The translations under genes were made by a program, and so were the position numbers. The notes under the pieces are model-generated. The model saw only the letters and a program-made list of their open reading frames with translations. It was not told the origin of the DNA and ran no database searches. DNA of 64,000 bases from an uncultured Clostridia bacterium (GTDB lineage: Bacteria > Bacillota > Clostridia > TANB77 > CAG-465): positions 29,718-93,717 of the forward strand of contig CALXBS010000001.1 of the NCBI GenBank assembly GCA_944386605.1, read 5' to 3'. The first letter of the stretch is position 1, and every line of letters starts with the position of its first letter. This document shows positions 44,886 through 52,314 of this stretch, piece by piece.

Positions 44886-46694
44886 ATGAATAAGAAAGTG
44901 TTAGCTTTAATTATTTTTATATTAATTGTTATTATTGTTGGAATTGTTATATATTTTGTGAATCATAAAAAAGCAGAAACTCCAGATATAATAACTGCTA
45001 ATGATGGTTTGATCTTTATACAGGGCGGTACTTTTAAGATGGGAAGTCCAGAAACAGAATTGCAGAGAGGAAATGATGAAATTCAACATAGTGTGACAGT
45101 AGATGACTTTTATATCAGTCAATATGAAGTAACACAAAAAGAATATGAAGAAATTATGGGAGAAAATCCTAGTAATTTTAAAGGAGAAAATCTACCAGTA
45201 GAAAATGTTACATGGTATGATGCAATTTACTTTTGCAATAAGTTAAGTGAAAAAGAAGGTTTAGAACCAGTTTATACAATTGTAGGAGAAGATGTTAATT
45301 GGGATCGTAGTAAAAATGGATATCGATTACCAACAGAAGCAGAATGGGAATATGCTGCAAGAGCTGGGACAACAACACCATTTAATACAGAAAATTCAAT
45401 AGGAGCAGAAGATTCAAACTTTTATGGTCATTATCCTTATGGAATTGAAGAAAATTATTTCTCACAAGAAAATTTAGAAACAAAACCAGGAGAATATAGA
45501 CAAAGAACTGTGGAAGTAGGTAGTTTTCTTCCTAATAAATGGGGACTATATGATATCCATGGAAATGTAAGAGAATGGTGCTTTGATTATTACGGTGAAT
45601 ATGATTTAGAAAATACGAATAATCCTTCGGGGCCAAGTACAGGAACATTACGAGTAAACAGAGGCGGAGGATGGAACGATTATGCCAAACATATGAGAAG
45701 TAGTTATCGTGGTTCACAAATGCTTAGTCAAGGAATGAGTAATACAGGTTTTAGAATTGTAAGAAATGCGGGGGAAAATATGAATCATCAAATTATTAGT
45801 AATAGTAATCAAAATTATGCAAGTACTCATGATGGAAAAATGTTAATTGTATATTTTTCTTGGAGTGGAAATACAAAAAATGCTGCTCAAATTATTCAAG
45901 AAAAAACAGGAGCTGATTTAGTAGAACTTGAATTAGTTACACTATATTCTTCTAATTATAATCAGGTATTAGATGAAGCTCAAAGAGATTTAAATCAAAA
46001 TGCAAGACCGGAATTAAAAACAAAATTCGATAACATAGATGAATATGATACAATTTTCTTAGGATATCCCAATTGGTGGGCAAACATACCAATGCCAATT
46101 GCTACATTCTTAGAATCTTATGATTTTAGTGGAAAAACAATTATACCATTTTGTAGTCATGGTGGAGGGGAATTTGGTCAAAGTATAACAGATATCTCAA
46201 AGTTAGCTCCTCATTCGAATATTGGCGAAGGATTGAGCATTCATTATTCTGGTGGTTCAAGTCTATCAAATGATATTGACTCATGGCTTGAAAAAAATAG
46301 TATCAGCCAAAATCAAACCTCAGAAGTAGAAATATCAAGAATAAAAATAACGATTAATGATAATGAAGAAATTTATGTAAAACTTGATAATAATTCAACA
46401 GCACAGGATTTTGCCTCAATGTTACCTTTAACGTTAGAGGCAGAAGATTATAATAATACAGAAAAAATAGCAACATTACCAAGAGAATTAACAACAGAGA
46501 ATAGTCCAGCAGGATATACACCAAAAACTGGAGATTTTGCTTATTATGCTCCATGGGGAAATTTATCTATCTTTTATCGTGATTTTAGATATTCTGTTTC
46601 TTTAATAAAATTAGGAGAAATTAAAAATGATGGAATTGATAAAATGAAAAATTTAAATGAGAATTTTACCATTAGGATAGAAAGAGCAGAATAA
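44886..46694 (+). CDS. membrane-anchored fusion: FGE-sulfatase-like domain + flavodoxin-like domain + cyclophilin-like domain
   Basis: TM helix. FGE-sulfatase family motifs: GGTFKMGS, YISQYEVTQKEY, YRLPTEAEWEYAARAG, GNVREWCFDYY, RVNRGGGW, TGFRIVRN. Second flavodoxin module: LIVYFSWSGNTK...IFLGYPNWWANIP...CSHGGG. C-terminus KITINDNEE...TGDFAYYAPWGNLSIFYRDF is typical of cyclophilin-like domains. ATG 44886 has better RBS spacing than 44880. Confidence 0.8.
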   Translation: MNKKVLALIIFILIVIIVGIVIYFVNHKKAETPDIITANDGLIFIQGGTFKMGSPETELQRGNDEIQHSVTVDDFYISQYEVTQKEYEEIMGENPSNFKGENLPVENVTWYDAIYFCNKLSEKEGLEPVYTIVGEDVNWDRSKNGYRLPTEAEWEYAARAGTTTPFNTENSIGAEDSNFYGHYPYGIEENYFSQENLETKPGEYRQRTVEVGSFLPNKWGLYDIHGNVREWCFDYYGEYDLENTNNPSGPSTGTLRVNRGGGWNDYAKHMRSSYRGSQMLSQGMSNTGFRIVRNAGENMNHQIISNSNQNYASTHDGKMLIVYFSWSGNTKNAAQIIQEKTGADLVELELVTLYSSNYNQVLDEAQRDLNQNARPELKTKFDNIDEYDTIFLGYPNWWANIPMPIATFLESYDFSGKTIIPFCSHGGGEFGQSITDISKLAPHSNIGEGLSIHYSGGSSLSNDIDSWLEKNSISQNQTSEVEISRIKITINDNEEIYVKLDNNSTAQDFASMLPLTLEAEDYNNTEKIATLPRELTTENSPAGYTPKTGDFAYYAPWGNLSIFYRDFRYSVSLIKLGEIKNDGIDKMKNLNENFTIRIERAE

Positions 46695-46715
46695 ATTGGA
46701 AGGAGAAAACTTATT

Positions 46716-47009
46716 ATGAGTTTAACAATCAATATTTACTATACTGGAAAAGATGGAGCTGCTAAAAAATTTGTAAAAGAAATGTATGAAAGAGGAATTG
46801 TAGATAGAGTAAGAAATGAAAAAGGTAATGAAAAATATGAATACTTTTTTCCATTGGAAGATAGTGAAACGGTATTACTCATCGATCGTTGGGAAAATGA
46901 AGAAGCATTAGATAATCATCATAAAACAGAAATGATGAAAGAAATAGCAGAGCTTAGAAAAAAATATCCTTTAAGTATGAGAGTAGAAAAGTTTATTGAG
47001 GAAAAATAA
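46716..47009 (+). CDS. ABM-domain (antibiotic-biosynthesis-monooxygenase-like) protein
   Basis: 97 aa, ferredoxin-like pattern: LLIDRWENEEALDNHHKTEMMKEI. Confidence 0.6.
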   Translation: MSLTINIYYTGKDGAAKKFVKEMYERGIVDRVRNEKGNEKYEYFFPLEDSETVLLIDRWENEEALDNHHKTEMMKEIAELRKKYPLSMRVEKFIEEK

Positions 47010-47027
47010 AAAAGGAGTGTGTTTAAA

Positions 47028-47372
47028 GTGAAAAAACAAACAGCGGGAAGAAAAGATTTAGGAGATTTTGCACCTAAGTTTGCAGAATTAAATGATGATG
47101 TATTGTTTGGAGAAGTATGGTCAAGAGAGGATAAATTGTCACTTAAAAATAGGTCAATTGTTACAATAACTGCATTAATTAGTAAAGGAATTGTAGATAC
47201 TTCATTAAAATATCATTTAGAAACTGCAAAAAATAACGGTGTAACCAAAACAGAAATGGCAGAGATATTAACTCACTTGGCTTTTTATGCAGGATGGCCA
47301 AATGCATGGGCTGCGTTTAGAATGGCTAAAGAAGTTTATGCTGAAAATACTGAAAAAGAAGAACAGTTTTAG
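47028..47372 (+). CDS. carboxymuconolactone decarboxylase (CMD/AhpD-like) family protein
   Basis: FGEVWSREDKLSLKNRSIVTITAL...GVTKTEMAEILTHLAFYAGWPNAWAAF. GTG 47028 has proper spacing from AAGGAG (47012-47017); the track start 47019 is too close to the RBS. Confidence 0.8.
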   Translation: MKKQTAGRKDLGDFAPKFAELNDDVLFGEVWSREDKLSLKNRSIVTITALISKGIVDTSLKYHLETAKNNGVTKTEMAEILTHLAFYAGWPNAWAAFRMAKEVYAENTEKEEQF

Positions 47373-47466
47373 AAGTATGTTATTTTAGATTATAATGAAA
47401 CTCAAATCCAATACCAGAGCCTTTAACGGTAGTTTTAGAAGTATGTTATTTTAAATTATAATAAAA
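47365..47466 (+). repeat. 36-bp direct repeat with 66-bp period at the 3' end of the CMD gene
   Basis: AGTTTTAGAAGTATGTTATTTTA[G/A]ATTATAAT[G/A]AAA occurs at 47365-47400 (including the stop codon) and at 47431-47466. Confidence 0.8.
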
Positions 47467-47669
47467 TTCCAATAGATTGTTTACATGATGTTAAGCAAAT
47501 ATTATAGACAAGCATATAAGTTAGAAAAAGATATGTAGGAAAAAATCATTAGATAAATTAGTATGTAGCAAAATTCCTTTAAAAGCTAGCTTAGACAATT
47601 ATGAGGTTTACTTATTTACTGGACTTTTTAAAATATATATGATATAATAAATATATCGGGGGTTTTGTT

Positions 47670-48434
47670 ATGGCCAGAGATAATAAAAAAATAATTATAG
47701 TAATTGTATTAATTGTCGTTATTGCAATTATAGGTTTAGTAGCTTTTATCATCAACAATATTATTAATGAACAACAACATGAGTTAGATGAACCAGGACA
47801 AGAGTTAGGATATGATATTCCAGTTGGAAATTTGGATGCAGAAGTAAAAGATTCAATTGCCTTAGGAAGAGATTTACAAAGTGAAATTAGTGCTGTAAAT
47901 GCTACTTATCAAGACGCAAAAGCATGGTTAAAAGTACCAGGCACTACGATTGATACACCTATATTTCAATCAACAGATAATGATCGATATTATAGAAATG
48001 ATAGAGATAATGAAAAGACAAAATGGGGAGAACCATATTTAGATTATAGATGTAGCCTTGCAAGTATTGGAAGACCATCTAATATCATTATATATGGTCA
48101 TAATACAGAAACGGATACACATTTTACGCCATTATTAAATTACAAGAAACAAGAATTTTATAACGAACATCAAATTATTGAGTTAGCTACTCCAGAAGGT
48201 TGTTATAAATTTAAAGTATTTTCTGCTTATGTAACCGATACATCTTTTTTCTATTTAGATACTAATTTTGCAAATACAAATGAATATACAACATTTTTAA
48301 ATAGTATCAAACAAAAGAGTAGATATGATATGGGAGTAAGTGTTGATTCTTCTGATACCATTTTAACTTTATCTACATGTGATTATTCTATTAAAGACGG
48401 AAGATTTGTAGTACATGCAAAACTTGTACAATAA
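47670..48434 (+). CDS. srtB: class B sortase
   Basis: N-terminal TM anchor; WLKVPGTTIDTPIFQSTDNDRYYRND, IIYGHN (His), LSTC (Cys), GRFVVHAKL (Arg). Confidence 0.85.
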   Translation: MARDNKKIIIVIVLIVVIAIIGLVAFIINNIINEQQHELDEPGQELGYDIPVGNLDAEVKDSIALGRDLQSEISAVNATYQDAKAWLKVPGTTIDTPIFQSTDNDRYYRNDRDNEKTKWGEPYLDYRCSLASIGRPSNIIIYGHNTETDTHFTPLLNYKKQEFYNEHQIIELATPEGCYKFKVFSAYVTDTSFFYLDTNFANTNEYTTFLNSIKQKSRYDMGVSVDSSDTILTLSTCDYSIKDGRFVVHAKLVQ

Positions 48435-48437
48435 GAG

Positions 48438-48466
48438 AGTCCAAAGTTTCACTTTGGACTTTTTTC
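48438..48466 (+). terminator. intrinsic terminator of srtB
   Basis: AGTCCAAAGTttcACTTTGGACT followed by TTTTTT. Confidence 0.85.
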
Positions 48467-48515
48467 TACATATTTTGCAATTGCGAAATGATATACTTAA
48501 ATCGAGGTGATACAA

Positions 48516-48821
48516 ATGAAGTATAACTACCAAGATGGTATATTAAGTATTAGTTTGGAAGAAGAGTTAGATGTAAATTCTTGTAAGACTTTAAGAACTG
48601 TAATTGATGGATATATTATGAAATATCAACCAGATGAGTTTTTTCTTAATTTAGAACATGTAAAATTTATGGATAGTAGTGGCATAGGACTCATTTTAGG
48701 AAGATATAATTTATTAAAGCTAATGAATTGTAATATGACCATTTTAAATCCAACGAACAGTATTAAAAGAGTGATTGAGCTTTCTAATATTTCTAACAAA
48801 ATAGCAATGAGGAGTGAATGA
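48516..48821 (+). CDS. spoIIAA: anti-sigma-F antagonist (STAS domain)
   Basis: FMDSSGIGLILGRY phosphorylation motif closely matches SpoIIAA. ATG 48516 follows GAGGTGA. Confidence 0.85.
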   Translation: MKYNYQDGILSISLEEELDVNSCKTLRTVIDGYIMKYQPDEFFLNLEHVKFMDSSGIGLILGRYNLLKLMNCNMTILNPTNSIKRVIELSNISNKIAMRSE

Positions 48822-48822
48822 G

Positions 48823-49281
48823 ATGAAAGAAAATAAAATGAGTATTACAATTAATGCTGTAAGTGAAAATATACCTGTAGTGCGTGTGGCAGTAACTTCT
48901 TTTATTTCTAATTTAGAAATAACATTAGATGAATTAATGGAAATAAAAACCGCAGTTTCTGAAGCTCTTACCAATGCAATAGAACATGGCTATACAAAAT
49001 ATTCTGGAGATAATCCTGTTGTCATATTAAACGCTAAGTTTACTTCTGATGAAGAAGACCATGTTGAAATTGAGGTCATTGATTATGGAGTTGGGATTGA
49101 AGATATTGAGCTTGCAACGACACCTGCATATACATCTAAACCAGAATTAGAACATGCAGGAATGGGATTTACTATTATGGAAAGCTTTATGGATGAGATT
49201 ATTATTGATTCTGAAAAGGATTCTGGAACAAAAATAACTTTGAAGAAAAAATTAAGAAATAAAAAATCAAAAATGAGCTAA
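48823..49281 (+). CDS. spoIIAB: anti-sigma-F factor / serine protein kinase
   Basis: N-box EALTNAIEHGY; G-boxes DYGVGIEDIE...TSKPELEHAGMGFTIMESFMDE. ATG 48823 lies 8 nt after GAGGAG. Confidence 0.85.
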   Translation: MKENKMSITINAVSENIPVVRVAVTSFISNLEITLDELMEIKTAVSEALTNAIEHGYTKYSGDNPVVILNAKFTSDEEDHVEIEVIDYGVGIEDIELATTPAYTSKPELEHAGMGFTIMESFMDEIIIDSEKDSGTKITLKKKLRNKKSKMS

Positions 49282-49300
49282 TGAAACATTAGCTTTTTTT
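49276..49300 (+). terminator. intrinsic terminator immediately after spoIIAB
   Basis: AGCTAATGaaaCATTAGCT followed by TTTTTT; overlaps the stop codon. Confidence 0.8.
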
Positions 49301-49352
49301 CTTGATATTTTACATAAAATTTGTTAAAATATTAGAGGAAAAGGTGAAAAAA

Positions 49353-50237
49353 ATGTTAGAAAAAATAGATATATTAAGAAAATATTTAGCTCATCAGGGA
49401 AGTGTAAGAGTAATTGTTTTTGACGCTACACAAATGGTTCAAAAAGCAAGAGATATTCATCAGCTCTCTAATGTAGCTACTGCAGCTTTAGGAAGAACGT
49501 TAATCATTTCTACAATGATGGCAAGTATGTTAAAAGAAAAAGAAGCTAAACTTACCATTCAAATAAAAGGAGAAGGACCTTTAGGAAGTATTGTAGTTTG
49601 TGGTGATAAAAGCTTAAAAATGAAAGGATATGTTGGAAATTATGATGTAGGGCTTCCTCTAAAAACAAATGGCAAGTTAGATGTTGGAAGAGCAGTTGGA
49701 AAAGGAATGCTAACCGTGATTAAAGATATAGGTTTAAAAGAACCATATATTGGTAATTGTGAATTGATTTCTTCGGAGATTGCAGAAGATTTTGCGTATT
49801 ATTTTAATGTTTCTGAGCAAACACCTTCAGTAGTTTCTTTAGGAGTCAATATTGGAAAAGATAATCAAGTTCAAAAAGCTTGTGGATATCTTATTCAACC
49901 ACTTCCAGATTGTGAGGAAAAAGTATTAGATATATTAGAAGGGATTAATACACAAATCTCTAGTGTTACCAATTTGATGTTAGATTTAGATAATATAGAA
50001 GATGTTGCAAAAACAATATCAGGAGATAATCAAATACAGTTATTAAGTGAAGAATATCCTATTTGGGCATGTGATTGTAATGAGGAAAGAATTGAAAAAA
50101 CTTTGCTTGCGTTAGGAAAAAAAGAATGTGAGAAAATCTTAAAAGAAAATCACAATCAAATACAGGTAAGTTGCAACTTTTGTAATAAAGTCTATTCTTA
50201 TGACTTATCTAAAATCGAACAAATTTTTAGGAGTTAA
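49353..50237 (+). CDS. hslO: Hsp33 redox-regulated chaperone
   Basis: Hsp33 fold, with a C-terminal Zn centre CDCN...CNFCN. ATG 49353 follows GAGGAAAAGGTG. Confidence 0.85.
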   Translation: MLEKIDILRKYLAHQGSVRVIVFDATQMVQKARDIHQLSNVATAALGRTLIISTMMASMLKEKEAKLTIQIKGEGPLGSIVVCGDKSLKMKGYVGNYDVGLPLKTNGKLDVGRAVGKGMLTVIKDIGLKEPYIGNCELISSEIAEDFAYYFNVSEQTPSVVSLGVNIGKDNQVQKACGYLIQPLPDCEEKVLDILEGINTQISSVTNLMLDLDNIEDVAKTISGDNQIQLLSEEYPIWACDCNEERIEKTLLALGKKECEKILKENHNQIQVSCNFCNKVYSYDLSKIEQIFRS

Positions 50238-50239
50238 AT

Positions 50240-51163
50240 ATGGAATTTACAATAGATGAAGCAAATGTTAAGAAAAGATTAGATGTTTTTTTAGCAGAGA
50301 ATTTAGAAAATGTGACAAGAAGTTATATTAAAACATTGCTTGAAAATGAAAATATAAAAGTAAATGGAAGTTTAAAGAAAGCTGGATATTTATTAAGATT
50401 AGGAGATAAAATTTTTGTTACATTTCCAGAAGATAAATTAAGTCAAATTGAGGCAGAAAATATTCCACTAGAGATTGTTTATGAGGATGAAGATATCATG
50501 ATTATTAATAAGCCGAAAGGAATGGTAGTTCATCCTGCAAATGGAAATTATACGGGTACCGTAGTTAATTCTCTGTTATATTCTCATAAAGAAAATTTAT
50601 CTTCTATTAATGGGGTTATTAGGCCTGGAATTGTACATAGAATCGATAAAGATACATCAGGTATATTGGTAATAGCTAAAAATGATCAAGCACATAAAAA
50701 GCTTTCAGAACAGTTTAAGGTACATAGTATTTCTAGGAAGTATATCGCACTAGTAAAGGGAATTATTAAAGAAGATCAATTTACAATTGATTTACCTATT
50801 GGAAGAAGTCCAAAAGATAGGAAAAAAATGGCAGTCGTTTCCAAAAATAGTAAGAATGCAATTACGGATGTACGTGTGTTAAAAAGATATTATCTTTCTA
50901 ATATGACATTAATAGAAGCTACTTTAAAAACTGGAAGAACCCATCAAATTCGTGTGCATTTATCTTATTTACATCATCCTCTTGTTGGAGATGAAGTGTA
51001 TGGCAAAAAAGATCCAAATATGAAGGTTAGTGGACAGATGTTACATGCAAAATTATTGGGATTTATACATCCTACAAAAAATGAATATGTAGAATTTGAT
51101 AGCGAGCTGCCGGATGATTTCAAGAAGGTACTTGAAAAATTGGAAAATAAGGAAAGAAGTTAA
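50240..51163 (+). CDS. rluD: RluA-family 23S rRNA pseudouridine synthase (RluD-like)
   Basis: S4 domain plus HRIDKDTSGILVIAKN and GRTHQIRVH. Confidence 0.85.
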   Translation: MEFTIDEANVKKRLDVFLAENLENVTRSYIKTLLENENIKVNGSLKKAGYLLRLGDKIFVTFPEDKLSQIEAENIPLEIVYEDEDIMIINKPKGMVVHPANGNYTGTVVNSLLYSHKENLSSINGVIRPGIVHRIDKDTSGILVIAKNDQAHKKLSEQFKVHSISRKYIALVKGIIKEDQFTIDLPIGRSPKDRKKMAVVSKNSKNAITDVRVLKRYYLSNMTLIEATLKTGRTHQIRVHLSYLHHPLVGDEVYGKKDPNMKVSGQMLHAKLLGFIHPTKNEYVEFDSELPDDFKKVLEKLENKERS

Positions 51164-51164
51164 A

Positions 51165-51866
51165 ATGATGAGATTAAATAAATATATTGCTACCTGTGGA
51201 TTTTGTTCTAGAAGAAAAGCAGATGAATATATTAAAAGTGGAAAGGTAAAATTAAATGGAAAGATGGTAACACATCTTGGAGTTTTAGTAAATGAAGAAA
51301 AAGATGAAGTTTGGATAGAGGATAAAAAGATTCGTTTAGAGGATAAAAAGGTATACATTATGTTAAATAAACCGAAAGGATATATCACAACTAGTCATGA
51401 ACAGTTTTCAAGGAAAAGTGTCATGGATTTGTTGAAAGAAGAGGTACGTGTCTTTCCGGTTGGAAGATTAGATATGTATACAGATGGTCTATTGCTTTTA
51501 ACAAATGATGGAGAGTTTGCAAATTGTTTAACCCATCCTAAACATCATATTTCAAAGGTGTATAGGATTGTATCTAAAGAAGTTATTACAGATGAACAAG
51601 TAGAAAGTTTAAAGCAAGGAGTCGATATTGGTGACTATATTACGAAAGAGGCAATGGTAGTAAGAGTTTCAGAAAAGATCATTAAAATCACGATTTGGGA
51701 AGGAAAAAATAGGCAAATTAGGCGAATGTGTGAAGCGGTTGGTATTCCTTTAATTCATTTAACAAGAATTCAAATTGGAACGGTTAAATTAAAAGATTTG
51801 CCAACTGGTAAATATCGTTATTTGACAGAAAAAGAGAAAAATTCTTTATATAAAAAAGAGTGTTAA
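51165..51866 (+). CDS. RsuA/RluB-family pseudouridine synthase
   Basis: S4 domain MRLNKYIATCGFCSRRKADEYI; GRLDMYTDGLLLLTNDG; GKNRQIRRM. The track start 51096 is an out-of-context upstream extension overlapping rluD. Confidence 0.85.
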   Translation: MMRLNKYIATCGFCSRRKADEYIKSGKVKLNGKMVTHLGVLVNEEKDEVWIEDKKIRLEDKKVYIMLNKPKGYITTSHEQFSRKSVMDLLKEEVRVFPVGRLDMYTDGLLLLTNDGEFANCLTHPKHHISKVYRIVSKEVITDEQVESLKQGVDIGDYITKEAMVVRVSEKIIKITIWEGKNRQIRRMCEAVGIPLIHLTRIQIGTVKLKDLPTGKYRYLTEKEKNSLYKKEC

Positions 51867-51887
51867 ACAAAACGTTTTAACACTCTT
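51850..51887 (-). terminator. terminator of rpsU (hairpin overlaps the 3' end of the convergent synthase gene)
   Basis: AAGAGTGTTAAA...TTTAACACTCTT. The T-run is present only on the minus strand (complement of 51852-51856). Confidence 0.6.
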
Positions 51888-51928
51888 AACCATTATCATA
51901 TGGTTTCTATATTAATGGAATCATTTTA

Positions 51929-52102
51929 TTAATGTTTTCTTTTCCTTGCTGCTTCTGATTTCTTTTTCCTTTTTACACTAGGCTTTTCATAATGTTCTCT
52001 TTTACGTATTTCAGCAAGAACACCATATTTAGCACATTGTTTTTTAAATCTAGCTAAAGCATTATCTAAACTTTCATTATCTTTTATTTTAATACCTGGC
52101 AT
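51929..52102 (-). CDS. rpsU: 30S ribosomal protein S21
   Basis: Not in the ORF track (57 aa). Reverse translation: [72 protein letters not shown]. Confidence 0.93.
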   Translation of the reverse strand: MPGIKIKDNESLDNALARFKKQCAKYGVLAEIRKREHYEKPSVKRKKKSEAARKRKH

Positions 52103-52255
52103 TTCTTTTCCCTCCCTCCAGTTGGGAAATACTGTCTCATAAGTATTTCTGAGTTTACCATTTAATTATACAATAAATTCCTAAATAAGTCAAGTAAATG
52201 GGCTTAAAATCTAGAAAAAGCTAGATTTTTTGAAAAGATTAAAATAGAGAAAGTA

Positions 52256-52284
52256 TTGACTAAAAATGTAAACTCATATATAAT
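52256..52284 (+). promoter_or_regulatory. sigma-A promoter of ctp gene
   Basis: TTGACT (52256-52261), 17 nt spacer, TATAAT (52279-52284). The implied transcription start lies at or after the track ATG 52288. Confidence 0.55.
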
Positions 52285-52314
52285 ATTATGTGTATAAAAA
52301 AGGAGATAATAAAT

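Noticed and set aside
51053-51388. 111-aa minus-strand ORF across the rluD / rluB-type gene junction; likewise 52260-52529 antisense to the ctp start, and 28879-29115, 29462-30051, 35638-35850, 37897-38190, 39834-40022, 44922-46554, 48744-48974, 53909-54103, 55432-55638, 56049-56264, 59111-59299, 60868-61179 and 61544-61738
   Set aside because: All of them lie antisense or out of frame within well-supported conserved genes and lack translation signals.
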